Shown: piece by piece, positions 24,246 to 39,200 of the stretch
Position numbering within the stretch: the first letter of the stretch is position 1
Layout: every line of letters begins with the position of its first letter
Assembly (NCBI GenBank): GCA_030141605.1
Contig: JAQGDQ010000106.1
Location: 310,001-374,000 of the forward strand
DNA length: 64,000 nucleotides
Reading direction: 5' to 3'
Source: Tubiluchus corallicola
Lineage: Eukaryota; Animalia; Priapulida
Notes under the pieces: generated by a model
Seen by the model: only the letters and a program-made list of their open reading frames with translations
Database searches by the model: none
What the model was told of the DNA's origin: nothing
Translations under genes and position numbers: made by a program

Positions 24246-27200
24246 CTAGCAGATGACTGGTTGCTTAAATGATGGGATATCATCTTGAGATCCATTAGAA
24301 CTTGTTTTATTTGTGGATGTGGTAGTTTCACTTCGCTCTGACCTATTCAGAAAATCGTGTAAACTTGTGTTGACCTCACCACTCGATTTCACCACTGGCA
24401 TCGAGCCATTAATAGTCCGAATCATGGCGTTATTACCCTGTATTACGCCGTTTATGGGTATTACACCATTCACGGTCGATATCACATTGTTTACGGTAGG
24501 AATCACTTGAGGTATGTTTAGCCAAAATGCTTTATCCGCGTAACTTGTTAGCAGATCACTGACAGGTTTCTCTGTGTGCTTCGTCATGGCTTCTCGACAT
24601 GCGAGTGGCCTTCTTTCACTCACTGTGTTGTCTCGCGCAACCAACTGCTTTGAGATGTATTCCACCAGAAGCTCGAAAAAGTTTGGCACGCCGTCATAGC
24701 CTAGCAATGATGGAAACACTTGTTTTATGACTTAAACAGCTTAACAATTTATTACTGTTCATTAGATTTTTTTGAAATGCACTTTGCTTATTTGATCAAA
24801 ATAAATGCATTCAATAAACACAATAATTAATAATGGTTCTATTGTTTTGCTAAAGTCCTAAATGTCTATTGTTTTGTTGTCCTAAAAATTGATCGCGCCT
24901 GAATTGTAAAGTTATTGCAACTTGTAAAACTACCACAAAGCTTCAAGATACTAAACACATAATGAACTATAAAACCGTACTAATTGAAACAGGGTTAAAC
25001 GTTCAAGGTTCTTCCCACACATTATAAAACTACTCATATATATCTAAGTTCACTAATATTCTGTTTTTATGTAAATGCAGTTTAGGCACAGCAGAAGCTG
25101 CAGTAACTTATAATTTGACTATTGTCTTACAAACAAATAAAAGCTACCTGGAAATGTGTTGATGTCGATGACTGCATAACGTCCAGTCTCACGTTCTATA
25201 ATGACGTCAATGCCAAATAAAGCCAAGCCGAGCCGCTGTCTAACTACCGAAACAAGTTTGCCGATCTTTGCTGGATTTACAATGTGAGCGGATAATTCGT
25301 CTATCTCATCTCTCTATAAACAAAAAAGCACATAAAGTTTTTGTGTGAAAGCTTATTGTTTTGCAAATAAAATTAATATGTGTGTCAGACATATCAAAGA
25401 AAAAAATCTTAAAGAACAAAAATGACAATGTTCAAATAAATGTTGTAAAAGGCAAATTTGCTAAACATTTAACTTTATGATAATAGTGAGGTCTAAATAT
25501 AAGTTTGCGTAAAAAACGGTACTTTCACTTCTTTTCATTCAACAAAAGTCACATCACGGCTAACTTGTGGACATATCTTACATATTAAATCGACATCAAT
25601 TAATAACTAAATGAAATTTAAGAAGACTTGTTAAGTTGTTATCATTGTATTGTTACTAAATTGTTAAGCAAACAAGTCACACTACAATTAGTCGCTTTTC
25701 TACTGACTACTTTCTAACAAAATTCAGTTACAATTCGACTGTATAAATTCAATTTTTGTCACAATTTTTACAGTATACAGTATAATAGATCTAAGGTTTC
25801 AAGCACACAGTAGAAGGTAGTGCAAATTTGAACCATCTAAAAGATTTGCTAACATTTGCCTAGTAACTTGCACAAAGTTGCTGGGCTGCAGGCTAGAGAG
25901 CTTGATAAACTGATATTAGCTATGATAATATTTGATGAGTAAATGTGCTTGCTCAGTTTCTCGGCCACTGTCCACTCATTCAAATTTCTTCAGGTCAAAT
26001 AAAGCTCTCATTTTGAAAGCAGTGTCTGGTTCAGCATTACATTTGCATAGAGACAATATTATTGGCAATGCAAACATCCTGTCCAGCAACAGTCTATTCA
26101 CAGTCAAGGCCGTAATGAGTGACGTGTGCACAACACTCTTATTAAAATTACAATTTCATAAAACTACAATTTTAAACTTAGAAGAGCCACGTGGTGAAAT
26201 TAAAATAAAAGACAATATTGAGTTTGCAAAAGCTTGCATAAAAGAGTTGTTATATAGCTTGGCATTCAGCAAGTCATGATCCAGAACTCAACAGCAATAA
26301 TGCTTTAATGTAGGTAAAAGCGGCAAAATTTTAACCTAGCTCATTATTAGTGATAATCCTCGTAGATGAGATGCTGAACTGACAGAAACTTTTAGCCATG
26401 TTCTGGTACTCATATAGTTTCCTTAGTTAGGTAATAAATGGGAACAGGTATAACCGATGAAACCTCCAGCAGTTTTTCCGGCACTCACCCATCCATTTAC
26501 TGACCAGGCTTGGTACCATTTAACTTTGATTGCTAAGCACACTGGCCACTCAATTATTCCCTCATACCAAATGATGAGAATGAAAAAATATGACGTAAAA
26601 AATAAAAAAATTCTGTTTTGAGGATACACCCAGGAAGTTTTTGTGTGTAGTTTGCATTCAAGAACTTAACTTAAACAACATTGAAAAAAAGTTAATTAAT
26701 TATGTAATGCTGATGCCTTAATCATTTAAAAAATTTCTCAAAAGAACAGAGAACTCAACAAAAATATAGTTAGCAGTGATTAAGTTGATTTATTTTGAAA
26801 AACATAAAACCTAAAGTTAGCTGCCTGCAGACCGCATCTACCATAGACTTGCTGGCAACTGCTGTCTGTTTGCCAGCACATGCGGCATCTGCTTTCCAAA
26901 TAAACAACTTTTTTAAGATGAGGTAAAATCATAAATTAATTCGACTTCCCATTCAGGATTGGCTTAAAATAAGTGTAGATGTAGATTACACAAATAGACT
27001 TACAGCACTGGCCAACTGAATATCAGACGAAATGTCAGTTGCATGTATCTATCATATGGGATGCTCATTTGATGAAAAAAGAGAATGAATGTTTAAAACT
27101 TATGTCCAAATATTCCATGAACAATGAGCCGCACTTCAGTGTCACCTTTCTATTTCGTAACCAAATCTGTCACCATTTCACTTCAAACGACAGCATAACA

Positions 27201-30200
27201 CACTGAGCTATCTATAATATCTTTAAAGGAAGACCGGACGATTGTTTAGACTCGATCTCATTTTAATTTACTGTAGAAAATATACATTTTCTTGCCTATA
27301 AAAGTTAGCAATTGTTTCTTATATTTGAATAATTGCTGAGAAAGTTAATTACCGGTAACCGAACACAGCTATTACTTACATCAGAAACTAACCACAGTTT
27401 GTGCAATGGCAGGCATCTTCCCTTGCACATCAAGCACGTTTGCGTAAGTGTTACTGCTTAACCGCGTGACGTCACGAAAATGAGGTCTACATCACATAAC
27501 GCCAGAAACTAACAATGCAGTTCGTGATCATGGTTATCATGGTACCACATTCTATTTGTCGGCCACGCGAATGTGACAAAAAGCCGCCGCTGCCAATCTT
27601 AGTAAATTCACTGAGCCGCACATTCAATGCACGTAGCTTTGAAAGTTTAACAAAATTTGAGTATCCTAGGTAATTATTATTTAATCTAAGCTTTGATTTA
27701 AAAAAAGCTATTGTCGTTTTCAATATTTTAGAGCATTCTTTATTCTGAACTACAATATTGACACAATCATCCAGTTTTCCTTAAGTGATATCCGTATTCC
27801 ATAAATTTCATCAAGAATGAAACAATGAATTTAAAAATAATCAAAATGCAAAATATTCACGTAATCAAGTTTCCTGGGACAACAGCCATTTGGTAGAACT
27901 TTTAATAGCTGCAGTGTTTTTGAAAATTCATTTTACTTGACTATTGCAAATGCTTGATTCTAGCAGACATACCAATAACTTTCCAAACAGAAAAGCACAG
28001 AATCTTTGTATTTTTCTTCTATGTTCATTTTTTAATATCACATGGTTTTTTTAAAAAAGCACAAAACGTAACTTATTGATGGGAAACTTTCATTCCTTTA
28101 ACTACCACATCTTGCCTTTCCACTAACATACCTTATTGAGAAATGATGCTGAATCTGCCTTGGAAACATCTTGGCTACTGAAGAAGATGGTCTTATTATC
28201 TGTAAAATTACAAATTGCCAGTGTACTATCATAAGTTAGCATACAGCCAATGAATTAAAACATGTCCATTTAATTATCAAGTTTGTTTCTGTTGCTGTTT
28301 AAAAATATATTGCATGATATTATCATGGTACATTAAAAGGGCTACAGAAAATAAGTCACCAAATTTACAAAAGTGAAAAATTTCACTTTGTGAAATGATT
28401 CATAGTAAGGCATGTTAATTATAACCTGCAACAAGTATAGTCAAATTACGAGCATAACGAAATACTCATAAATCATAAAATGTATTAGACATATAAAAAC
28501 AAAAACAAGAATAGGAACAAATAGTAACAAAAATGTAGAACTAAAAAGGTTAGATCCATGCAGTTCTTGGCTTTAGAACATTCAAAAGAAAACACAAAAC
28601 ATAAGGCCCATTTCAAGGAAGGAAAATGGCTCTCAGAAACTTAGAAAAGTCACGTTAGTTTAGATTTTTTTGCTAAAACACCGATGCGGTAAGAAAATTT
28701 ATTTCACACAGAAACCGCACGGTTTTTATGCCTATCCAACTAGGTCCAGCATTCAACTACTGGAGCAGGACCAGATGTCTGGAATGACTGAGGATACTTT
28801 TGATGAGTTACAAGCTTTGCTACTGCACAACTCGACTATAAAAATATCTGAACTATAGGAGCTGTGTCGACCCAGTTAGTTGATGGTAACTCTGAGACAA
28901 TGACATTAATGTCTTTTAAGTTATTTTTCTCTAAATCACTCTGCATAATTTCATGTGAGCATTATAAATTCTACTTTTTCTTTAAACTGATATAAAAATT
29001 TAAGGCTATAATTACAACTAATACGTGAAAAGCAGGAGGATGATGTGTGCTTAACAATTATGCTTGTCACATTACGCAAATTAAATTTAATAATGTTAAT
29101 CAATCTAATAGTAGCAGACCTTTTTAATAAAACAATAACTACTATATTTGCTCTGAATTGATCTGATTGGCTGCTTAAACTTTTTGACTAGTTGTGCCAC
29201 CCCAAGTGGCAATGTCTAGTTTCCTGCAAGAAAGAAGTGCTGGATGTGAACGGACGATCTTCTTTGTGCATATTTAAGAAAATTAAAAAAACAACATTTT
29301 CTTTCAATGGAACAAAATTATTTAATCTTTGTGCTTGTATGTACAACATTAACAAAACAAAAGACTGTTTATATTATGATAAAAAATGAAGTAAAAACTT
29401 TAATTTTATGCTGAATTATGTTAATTGTTTTCTGCTAAATAATAAGTAATTAACTTCAAAGATGACCCTTTTAAATTTATTAATTAACAAAGACGATGCT
29501 GAAAATCGTGGATTTTATTGTGGGAAGTTCTATGGCATGTCCTATAGAGTCAATCAGTCGGCTGTTGGCTCGATCCAGTCAGTTGTTGTAGAAATATGAA
29601 AGAAAGACTAACTGTAGACACTTGATTGATGGAAAGACACGGACCCCATTTTAACAGTCAATTTTCCTTGACTAAGAAGCAACGTCATATAAGTTCCATA
29701 TGTTAAAATTTCTTTTTAAATGACTGGTTATTAAATATTAAAATGCACTGTGAAATACAGGGTGGTGCAATAAAAACCTGTTGATTAGATCATCAACTCA
29801 TTTCAACACAAAAAATACAACCGAAAAATTAAAAAAAATTTAATGTACTGTTACGAAGATAAATTTTGACCAAACCCACAATGTTAATGACCAAAAGCCC
29901 AGTATGGCAAATGTACCTGTCTAAAACAGAATGCATGCCGAAATTTGACGATTCCAACCTGGCCTTTCTGTCTGTAAAGGTGAATGCTGCATGCTTGCTA
30001 ATTTTTATACAAAAGTCTGTTCACATGTCATTCTTTTAGAGCTACTAGTTATGCAATAAAGTTTATTTTACACTCGTATTCCGGCTCTTTTAACTTTTCT
30101 CGTCTGCTGCAGCATTTCATAACTTGTATGCCGCTCTACACATCCTGAGACGGGTACCGTACTGGACCCCGGATTTGTTACAGTACTCTAAAGAAATGAG

Positions 30201-33200
30201 CGAAATTAATACTATACACGTAACCACTGCAACAAAAAACGTTAACAATTCACTCACAATGATACTGCAAATGTAACTCACCACCGGGATAAAGGTTTTT
30301 GATGGATGGTCTCTCCACCATGTGATATTCATCACCAATCACAAAAACTTTGTACAAGAGTGCATTATGATTTACGAATGTTTGTGCAACACACGGCGGT
30401 CTCACGTCCTCAACCGCGTCCTTGTTAAATATTATTGACATCTGTTAAAATAAGAAGCATAGTTAAGTGCCGACAAAATTAGAATTGTTGCACTAAGTCT
30501 TTCTACAGTTATTGGGCGGTCTAAAAACATACCAGTATTTGCAAAATATACAACTGCAAAGGAAGCATTAATACAATATAGCTGTTGATCAAATCGTTCA
30601 ACAAGGGTTTACAAGCCTCTACAAATCATCTAGGTAAGGGAAACCTACATTTCTCGCAAATATTTTCAATGGCATCATTTTTACTAGGTTCCTGTTCAAC
30701 GATCTCCCCATTAATGTAAGATGTAACAATGAAAATTGCTGCTTTCGATTAAATATTAGATTCCCATGATGTAATGTGTTGAAAATAGAAACTAGTTTGC
30801 TTCGCTTCATGTTCATATCAACAAGCAGAACAAATTGCATTCAGTGTAAGTTAAGCTTCAATAGATTTTTTTGAATCCGCTATGATTCATTTTCAAATAA
30901 GTTTGTGTGAAAGCGAAAACAGCTAAAACGAAGTCCAATCTAAATCAAGTGTTTATTATGTCAAAATACTCAGGCAACAACTTAAAATCTCAACACATAA
31001 AAATGTTCTCTATTGATCAAGTGCATACAAGTGCTACTTCTTTATTAGTAAGAGCACCAAAGCAGCCAATATTTACGCTACACAAATTAGCAAATGACAT
31101 TCAAGTTTCAGCTTTGACGGTTCATTGGCAAAACTGTTTACTTCATCTGCAATTCACTATTAACATTAACATCTTAACCATTCAAGACATACCTCGTGTG
31201 CTATAGATGACCCGTGAGCCACAAGTGGTTTACAAACTGAAAAAAAGAGCACAATAAACTATGGCAGCTTAATTAGTGATATTGGCACAAAAATATTAAA
31301 GAAAGCAAATAAATAAATGCAAGGTTTCATTTATGTACAATAAAATCAATAAGAATGTGGACTTTGACTTGTGTGCCAAAAAAGACTAATAAAAATACAT
31401 GTATCCCCTGCTATTACTGAAAACATGCTGACAGAAGAAGAAACAGTCAGCAGAGGGACAGGTTGGCAAATCTAAAAAGGATTTGTCCCTAAGAAGCCAA
31501 GTGTCAGTCTGACTTTAATATGATAAAGAGGCCACACATGGCTTCACACATAACAACAAGTGAGCAAAAGGGATCCATGCATCCCTTGCATCCCACATAG
31601 AGGCATTTAAGGGTTATGAGCTGCTCCTCTAATATAAAGTCAGTAAAAGAGATTAGTGTTGTTGATTTCAGCATCTGGCTTGCAATAAGCCTTCACAGCA
31701 GGCTTCTTACAGCTCTCTGTACTGGCATAGGGCTGGCAGTTGGCTTCATCAGTTGGTTTATTCAGTCTTTCAAATCACAGACAGAAAAATGCTGCCAGCC
31801 TCTCGGAAAGGACAAAAGTACAGTCAGCCAAGTTCATCAAGCAGGATGCATAACCACATTGTACAGAGCATTGAAAAGGCTGCATACTAAAAAACTGAAG
31901 CAACTCCAGTGCTTCTATTTCTTCACTTTGTTCAGCTAATTAATTATTCATTTTCACTGTCATTGACTGCTATGTAAAGCCTATTCACTTATTTAATTTA
32001 TTAAGCAAAGCCAAGGTATCTAGAGAACTTAGTTAATTAAACAATCTCTTTTTTAAGCAAGGGATTATTTTATATATTTTGCAATTTTATATGTTTTCCA
32101 GAAAAAAATCGTAGAGGATGATCAAAAAGTCATGTTTAGGATGTTCATCACAGAAGTATCCAACCTTTAAGACAGTCTGGTCATCTATGCCATCTAGCTT
32201 TTTTAACTTAGTCATCAATTATGAAACATGACACTTCTTTGGTTTGTCCTAATTGGAACTCATATTTAAGATAAGACTTAAATATCTTTTTACTAACAGC
32301 TATTTTTGGGAGCATCTATTACCTATTAAAAGCTTTAATATTTACAAGTAATTAGTGCTAAAAGAGATTAAATGTAAGACAAATGTTATGGTCTTCAAAC
32401 ATGGCCCCATCTTTAACATGAGTTGCTCCATCTAAAATGAATTAACATTTTAAATGCAACATTAATCCCGAGCTTACCAAATGGATATTGTACACCTGCT
32501 CGATGTAACAAGTCAACGTTATCATCAACATTAGTTGTTGTAAGCTCAACAAATGATGGAATGAAAACATCTGCAACAAAAATCAATAATTGTTACTAAT
32601 AAGCATCACATACCATGCATTAATAGCATAAAAATGTATATTGATCATTAAATTAGAGGCAATAACTGCATAAACCAGTAACAAATTTCATCTGTGTGTT
32701 ACAGAAAGTTGATTAAATTTAAGGAAAATGCAGTCGTCTGTACTCTGTAAACAAAAACTGAAAATGGGAAGTATTCAGAGTGCTGTACACTATTTATCGA
32801 TCGACAAAGCAGACCGAAAACAATGGACTTTTCAGTTTTGAGAAAGTCAGAACACTAAGATTATTTCAAGAACCAGCTGCAGTTATCAGGGTATTTGCAT
32901 AAACTGTCAAATAATTTGTTGCAATCAGCCAATAGAAACAAAAATTCTTAATCGTAGTTAAATGACATAGCCATAGCTTACAGACTTGAACGTTAAAGAA
33001 AAACATTTTTATGTTCATAAAAAAATTTGTAATTATCAATTAAAACAAATTAATCGTTACGAAGGCACACTTCTGTATGGATATATCTTGTCGAAGCTTT
33101 TACTGTTAAAGAATAATACCCAGTTATTGCAAATTATAATAATGCTAGGTAAATGATGTTACTTACCACCTAATCCCCCAACTGGTCCATTCTCCACTAG

Positions 33201-36200
33201 GGAATATTGCGTATACCGGTCTAGCAATAACCGAACATTCGGTAAAGGATCTAGAACTATAGTGTCTGGATGGCGTAGGAAATAACTCTGAAACATATGG
33301 AAAGAAGAAATAAAAAAAAATTAAATACACAAGTTATATTTTAAATAAAATTTCTGTTTTTCAGGTTTAACTTTTGTTTAGTTTTGTTTTTACAAAGGCT
33401 TTTAAACTCTCTCTCTCTCTCTTGTTCACATTCTCTCACCTCATTCTCTCTCTCTCTCTGATTCACGTTTGACAGCCCTTGTATGTAAGATTATGTCATA
33501 CACATTATACAGGTCCAGGATTTCATCTACTGTGACTGTAAAGTATTACAGACAAGTGATATTATTCATTAACTCAGAAATTTGGCACTTTACTGAAAAT
33601 CAATTGGTTATGCTAAATACATTTTAAAATTAAAAATTATTTATAAATACATACTTTATACTTAATTAGTATTAGCAAATGACATTAGGACACGATAATT
33701 ACATTAATATAAGAAAAGTGAGGAGTAAATTCCTCTTAAGCAATCCACACAACTCAACACAGGTGAAAATGGTTAAACACTTCTCACAGTGACATTGGAT
33801 ATTATTACTTCGGCAGTTGATGGTTTGTACTCAAGTAGGCGGCAACACCAATGCAAAAAACATTAGTCACATTAGCTATGTAGTAAATGTATTTTACTTT
33901 TGTATTCCCTATTCAGATTTTAAAATTTTACAGCCCTTACATATGGGAAATCAGTGCAAACAGAATATTTTTCAAGGTGAAGCATATTTCATGCAAAAGA
34001 ATAGGGGAAAAGCTAGTCTGCACGGACTGCAGGATTTACGACCAGTTTTATCACGTTATAACACAGTAATAAAGGGGGCAAATTTAACGCTGTCGACTCG
34101 CAACTAATGCTCTAGTTTATTGACAATATCCCGCTTTTACATAGGCAGTAAAGCAGAATGCTCTCTGAAGCATATTTCTGCAGGTTCTACGGTTGAGGGT
34201 GATTCTACCAGCCTTTTATCGGCTATCATGCAGCAGTATAAGAAATCCACAATGTTCGTGACATGACATCGTGTGACGTACAGCAAAGACATAAGAGTAA
34301 TTTCAGCAGTTCATAAAGCTCAAGCAAGACCCATGCAAAACTCAACTATCAGACTTGGTCCTACAGAATCCAGATGCTTATAACGCCGCTGATTGGGGAA
34401 CATTATTGCGCCCCAATAGAATCAGGAATCAATATAAAGCTGCCGAGGTAATCAATACAAGCTCACACGCGACACGTTGATATCCTGTCTGCTGCTGCTG
34501 TTATCTCTGATAACAGTTAAATACCAAGAGCAGGAGGATATCCCGACTGCCCAGCATGAAACATTTAACTTCCTGGCCGGGATAAAACCGTGAAATTGCC
34601 ACGGACATGTCTAACTGTCTATGGATGAACTAATTTCAAAGATATCAGCGTAACGTGCTTCCTGTATTTGACAATTTGTGGTGACCTATGATTTGTAAAT
34701 GCACAATTGTTGCCATAATAAATGATATAAATTATAATCTTATTATCAAGCATTCGTTCTTAAGCAAACCATACAGCGTGCTATATGCAATAAGTGATTT
34801 CATTCAACAGGAGTAGCTCGTGGGCTTCAAAGCCGTAGTAAATGGTGCCTAGAGGAAGTCTGACACCAGATAAGATTAAAACTTCACCTTTATTGTTCCC
34901 TTGTTTTACCAGAGCTTTTACCAGATCAACTCAATGCAGATGTACTGATCACATCAGCAATCATTTAAGAAATAGAACATTTTTACTAAAATATCAACAC
35001 GATGATATTTTCATTTTTGTTACGATCCCAAACCTATGTAATCAGTTGAGAAAAACGCTTGCTGATATCAACGCGATGGTTCATTCATATAGGGAGCTAA
35101 ACCTACGTACTAATCCACTATATTCAACGTGTAAAATGTATCCTATAATGAATTTACAATGTAGCCATATTTTATGCTTCTGAGAGTTGCGAATTTTTTC
35201 AGAGTTGAAAAATATAGTTTGAATTGCCGAGTTTTTCAGCAAAGTGGGCGAACAGCTTTATTATACGTTGATATGCGTCATGCCTATAACATTCGTGGCT
35301 CAACTTTCTCATTCATGTAGAATGAATTAACTGTAAGAAATTTTTGAACGCCAAGCCTAGCTTATCGTACACAATGAAAGCTCGTGCGCCGGCCATTGAA
35401 CAGAATGCTTGATTCAGCACAAGCTAGCTTTAGCAGCAATGGGGGTTTTTGCCAACTACGTGAATAATCCGCACGAAACTGCGATGTTTAACAAGGCGTG
35501 TCAGACAAAACTGTAATTACATAAATCAGGCGAATACTACTGTATATTTTAGCGAAATCAGAAGCAACGCAATTTTGCAAAAATATAATGGTGAAAAGCG
35601 AAAATGTAAACACGGTAAACACTCATGACAGCAAGGTCGTAAAGCTTTTAGTCCCCATGAGCCAGATTTCAGCCGCGCTATGCATGATTCCATAATGATT
35701 TTTTCTGCCTTGGGGTATTCATTTTAGCAGAACAAAATAGCGCGATTAGTCAGAAATGCACAGAATATTTAGCACAATGAACAGTAACAACTTGTCAGAT
35801 TAATTTCATTATCCTATTTGTGCTAATGATATTATCGTACCACTGTATTTCGATACTTGAATAAATGCCATAGATGTAGTTGTCGGTGCACGTCAAATGA
35901 AATGGAAGAGATAATGTGCAAAATGTGCAAGAAAATTAGAAAGACGGAGGATCAACACAAACGGCGACAGGTGGGAGAGAAGGAGAGAAAGGGAACTGAG
36001 TAAAAGTGTAGAGATAGGGCACTGATATTTTACGTATGGCATACCAAACGATCGCCTCTCTCGTAATAGTTGTGATGTTTTAATCAGTGCCACATACTTA
36101 CACTAAATGCAGAAAAGGCAAGGATATTCCTATTATGCTCTAATAATTATATTCAGTTTCTAAGGAGATGAATCATCCATGCCTGTGGTTATCGTGCATT

Positions 36201-39200
36201 CAATGAGCAAAAGTAGGCAAGCAAAACAAATTAACCATGAGTCAAGTAGAATTGGGAAGTCCCAAACAGGATTTCTGCGTGGGGGTGTCCACATCAGCTT
36301 CAACCAAGTAGCAGCGTTCAAGCACAAAATATTATTTTAAAGTACACATACTAGGTGCAGACTCCAGTCAGCCAGGGATATTGGTAGAGTGACAGTATTT
36401 AGTGAGTTATTACAAATATCATCGAAGCGAAAAATTTGAAAGTATATCCAGGACACGCAATTCATAAGTAAAAAGTTGAGGGTGAATTATTTAGCAACTG
36501 AAAAGACACACATCGAAGGCTCAAAGCATCAATTTGCACAATACATCGAGGTTATAATATTCAACTGTAGTTTTGCTTTTGCATATAATATGATACTCTG
36601 CAAGCACTCAGCTGATAGTTGTGGCTGGACTAGAATCTAACTACTTATCAAGAATAATCCTCTAAAATGAAATTCTGAAAAGCCAGAGGGTTTCAGTTAA
36701 AAAATGCACTTTTTTTAAATTTAATGATGCTATTATTGGCTGCTGATAATCATCTTAGACGAAGTGCTGAAATGGCAGAGATATTTTAGTCCAAAAGTGT
36801 TTTTTATCAGTTTAATGATGTTATAAGTGTTTGTTACCTGTGATTACGCAAGCAGAAACTAGTCTCAAAGCTTCAAGTGTATCCTAGACATTCAACTAAC
36901 AATATGGTAACCTTCACGGCTGAGGACATTTTAATTTAGGTTTTCTCTTACACACTGAGCAAGACAATGAAACATGGCAATCAAGAAATAATATTTAATG
37001 TAATGCTTTTTACAAAGCCAAATAAGCACCAATGTAAAGGACTGCATTTTTTTCAGTTAATAAAAAATGGTTCCTAGAACCTCAACCTCATAGCAAGTGG
37101 GGTGCCAAATTACCTAGATTTAGCTAAAGGTGACCAAGTCCACAAGAAGGCCTGCAGAGAGCAAAGTCTTATGGATTTTTTTACCTCCAGTTTCAGAGAC
37201 AGGGCCAAGGGGCATTTAGCAGAGTGGTTGCAGTGTTTCCTTAGCTGGGAAATCAAGCAACTCTGGGCTTAACTAGTAAATGGATGGAGAGCCAGCAAGC
37301 AGCTTCTGCGCAGCTTTCTTTGCCCTACTGTATGGTTGTTCATTCTCTCTTGAAAGAAAACAGCCACAGCCTCTTAGCAACATTTTAAATTACATATCAA
37401 AACATGGATAAGACACCTCCACCTGCTTAATGTTTTATCTTAATGGATGTTCTAGATAATGAACTAAGTCCTAATCTGGCCACAAACATGAATGTTACTT
37501 TAATTTGTAGAAGCAGCAATTGTGATATACTCATTTAAAAAAGCTATGCAAAAATTTCTTTGCAATACAAAACAGATCTACACTGTCTAGCAATCACTGC
37601 TCAACAATATCTTTCAAGTAAATTTTCCTTGAGTTATACTATAAAAAAACTTCAATTTCTTTTCAAAATGACTTAAAGTGATAAAAGCATGGGACACATT
37701 GTTTTTCCAGACCAAAAAGCCATTATTACAACATTACATCCATAACAATTTAATTTCCTTCATAAAACTCTAAAGCCCACACTTAGTTAATGCCAATATT
37801 AATACTTATATAATATAATTATACATGTTATATGAACATATAAATATCATTTTAATAAAGTGACAATGGAAACTAGAATACCTCAATATCACTGCAGAGA
37901 ATCTGAGCTTGCCTATCACCCAGTACAGCCTTGGCTAAATAGTCGCTGAGTTTGTGCAGGACCACATCGAATGGACCCTGGTCATCTAGACTTCGTTCCA
38001 AGTCAACCTGTAAACACACATTACGTGCTTGAAATTGGGTAGACAAACTGGGTAGATACATTTCAGATAGTCTCAGATTTATTGGCACAAAGATTTAGCG
38101 ACTCTATAAATGACTAAGAAAATATACACAATTTGAGTGATTACCGTAAAGCATGTAGAAATCGCCCACACACAAATAATCCAGTTTGTCCGAATTTACA
38201 AACCAGATGGCCCACAAAAGTTTAAGAAACCCAAGCTGAATAACAAATTACAAGCACGTTATGTGCTGGATTTAAGTTAATGTGATGCAATTAGGCACGC
38301 AAAACTGTCAATGTAAAACCAACCAATTAGGTACTAGGCCCAGTCTTTTCTTACCAAAAATGTTACCAATGTGTACCAGCCTGATAAAACATTTTATGTA
38401 ACCCTAACATTTACATGAGAATTTGCTATTTGTATATTAAAATTGTAATACTCAACAAGTAGTTTGCTTAGTACAGTGAAGTTTGTCACTTTTATTTTTG
38501 CAATGCCAACAAACCACTTTAATTCCTGGTTAATTCCTTTAATTTCAGGACTTTTTGTTGTATACAAACTGGATGTAAATGTGACTGTTCAAATGAATAT
38601 CATTTGAATATAGATCTATGACCAAAGATCACTTTAGATCTACGATACACAGTTACATAAGCAGTACTATTGGGGTTGTGAACTACGAAAAACATCGACG
38701 AAATTATCAACCCCAACATCACCTAGGGTTTGTTTCTAGCGAAACTCATTTCACACAGCTTTACAGTATAGCCGTTTTTTTCAAATCTTTGCGCCTGCAG
38801 GTAATGGACCACATTTCGATAAATCCCAGTTAAAACTAACATGGCAGTAAAATGTAAAATGCATTTAGCAGTATAAAATAGCAATTTTCCTAACTCATTT
38901 ATGAAATGTTAACATTAATCATTTTCAGTTTCTACATCCAAATTCTACAAAGCAATTAAAAACTTATTCCTAATGAATCACAGACTTCGTGCTTTTTAAC
39001 TTGATAACGTAATAGACAGCGGGTCACGACTTTACTTTCAAATATTTTGCAAACACACAAGTTTAGCAAACACCGAATGTTCGAAACTTGACGATGAAAA
39101 TTCATGTTCAAAACTCTAGTTGCTACTTTTTATAAATATATTACTTTATCAAACAAACGAGTAATTTTAAGGAATAAAGAATAAAATGAGTAAATTAATG

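Noticed and set aside
24237-24248. Stop-codon readthrough at ITPK1 (TAG-C context)
   Set aside because: Another in-frame stop follows after three codons and there is no other support.
33800-35900. CpG-richer block with several short ORFs in ITPK1 intron 3
   Set aside because: No protein motifs, consistent exon chain or definable termini. Probably old transposon debris.
38355-38380. Alternative candidate for ITPK1 exon 2 (26 nt, good-looking splice sites)
   Set aside because: Wrong phase and no similarity to ITPK1. The 25-nt exon at 39744-39768 fits both.
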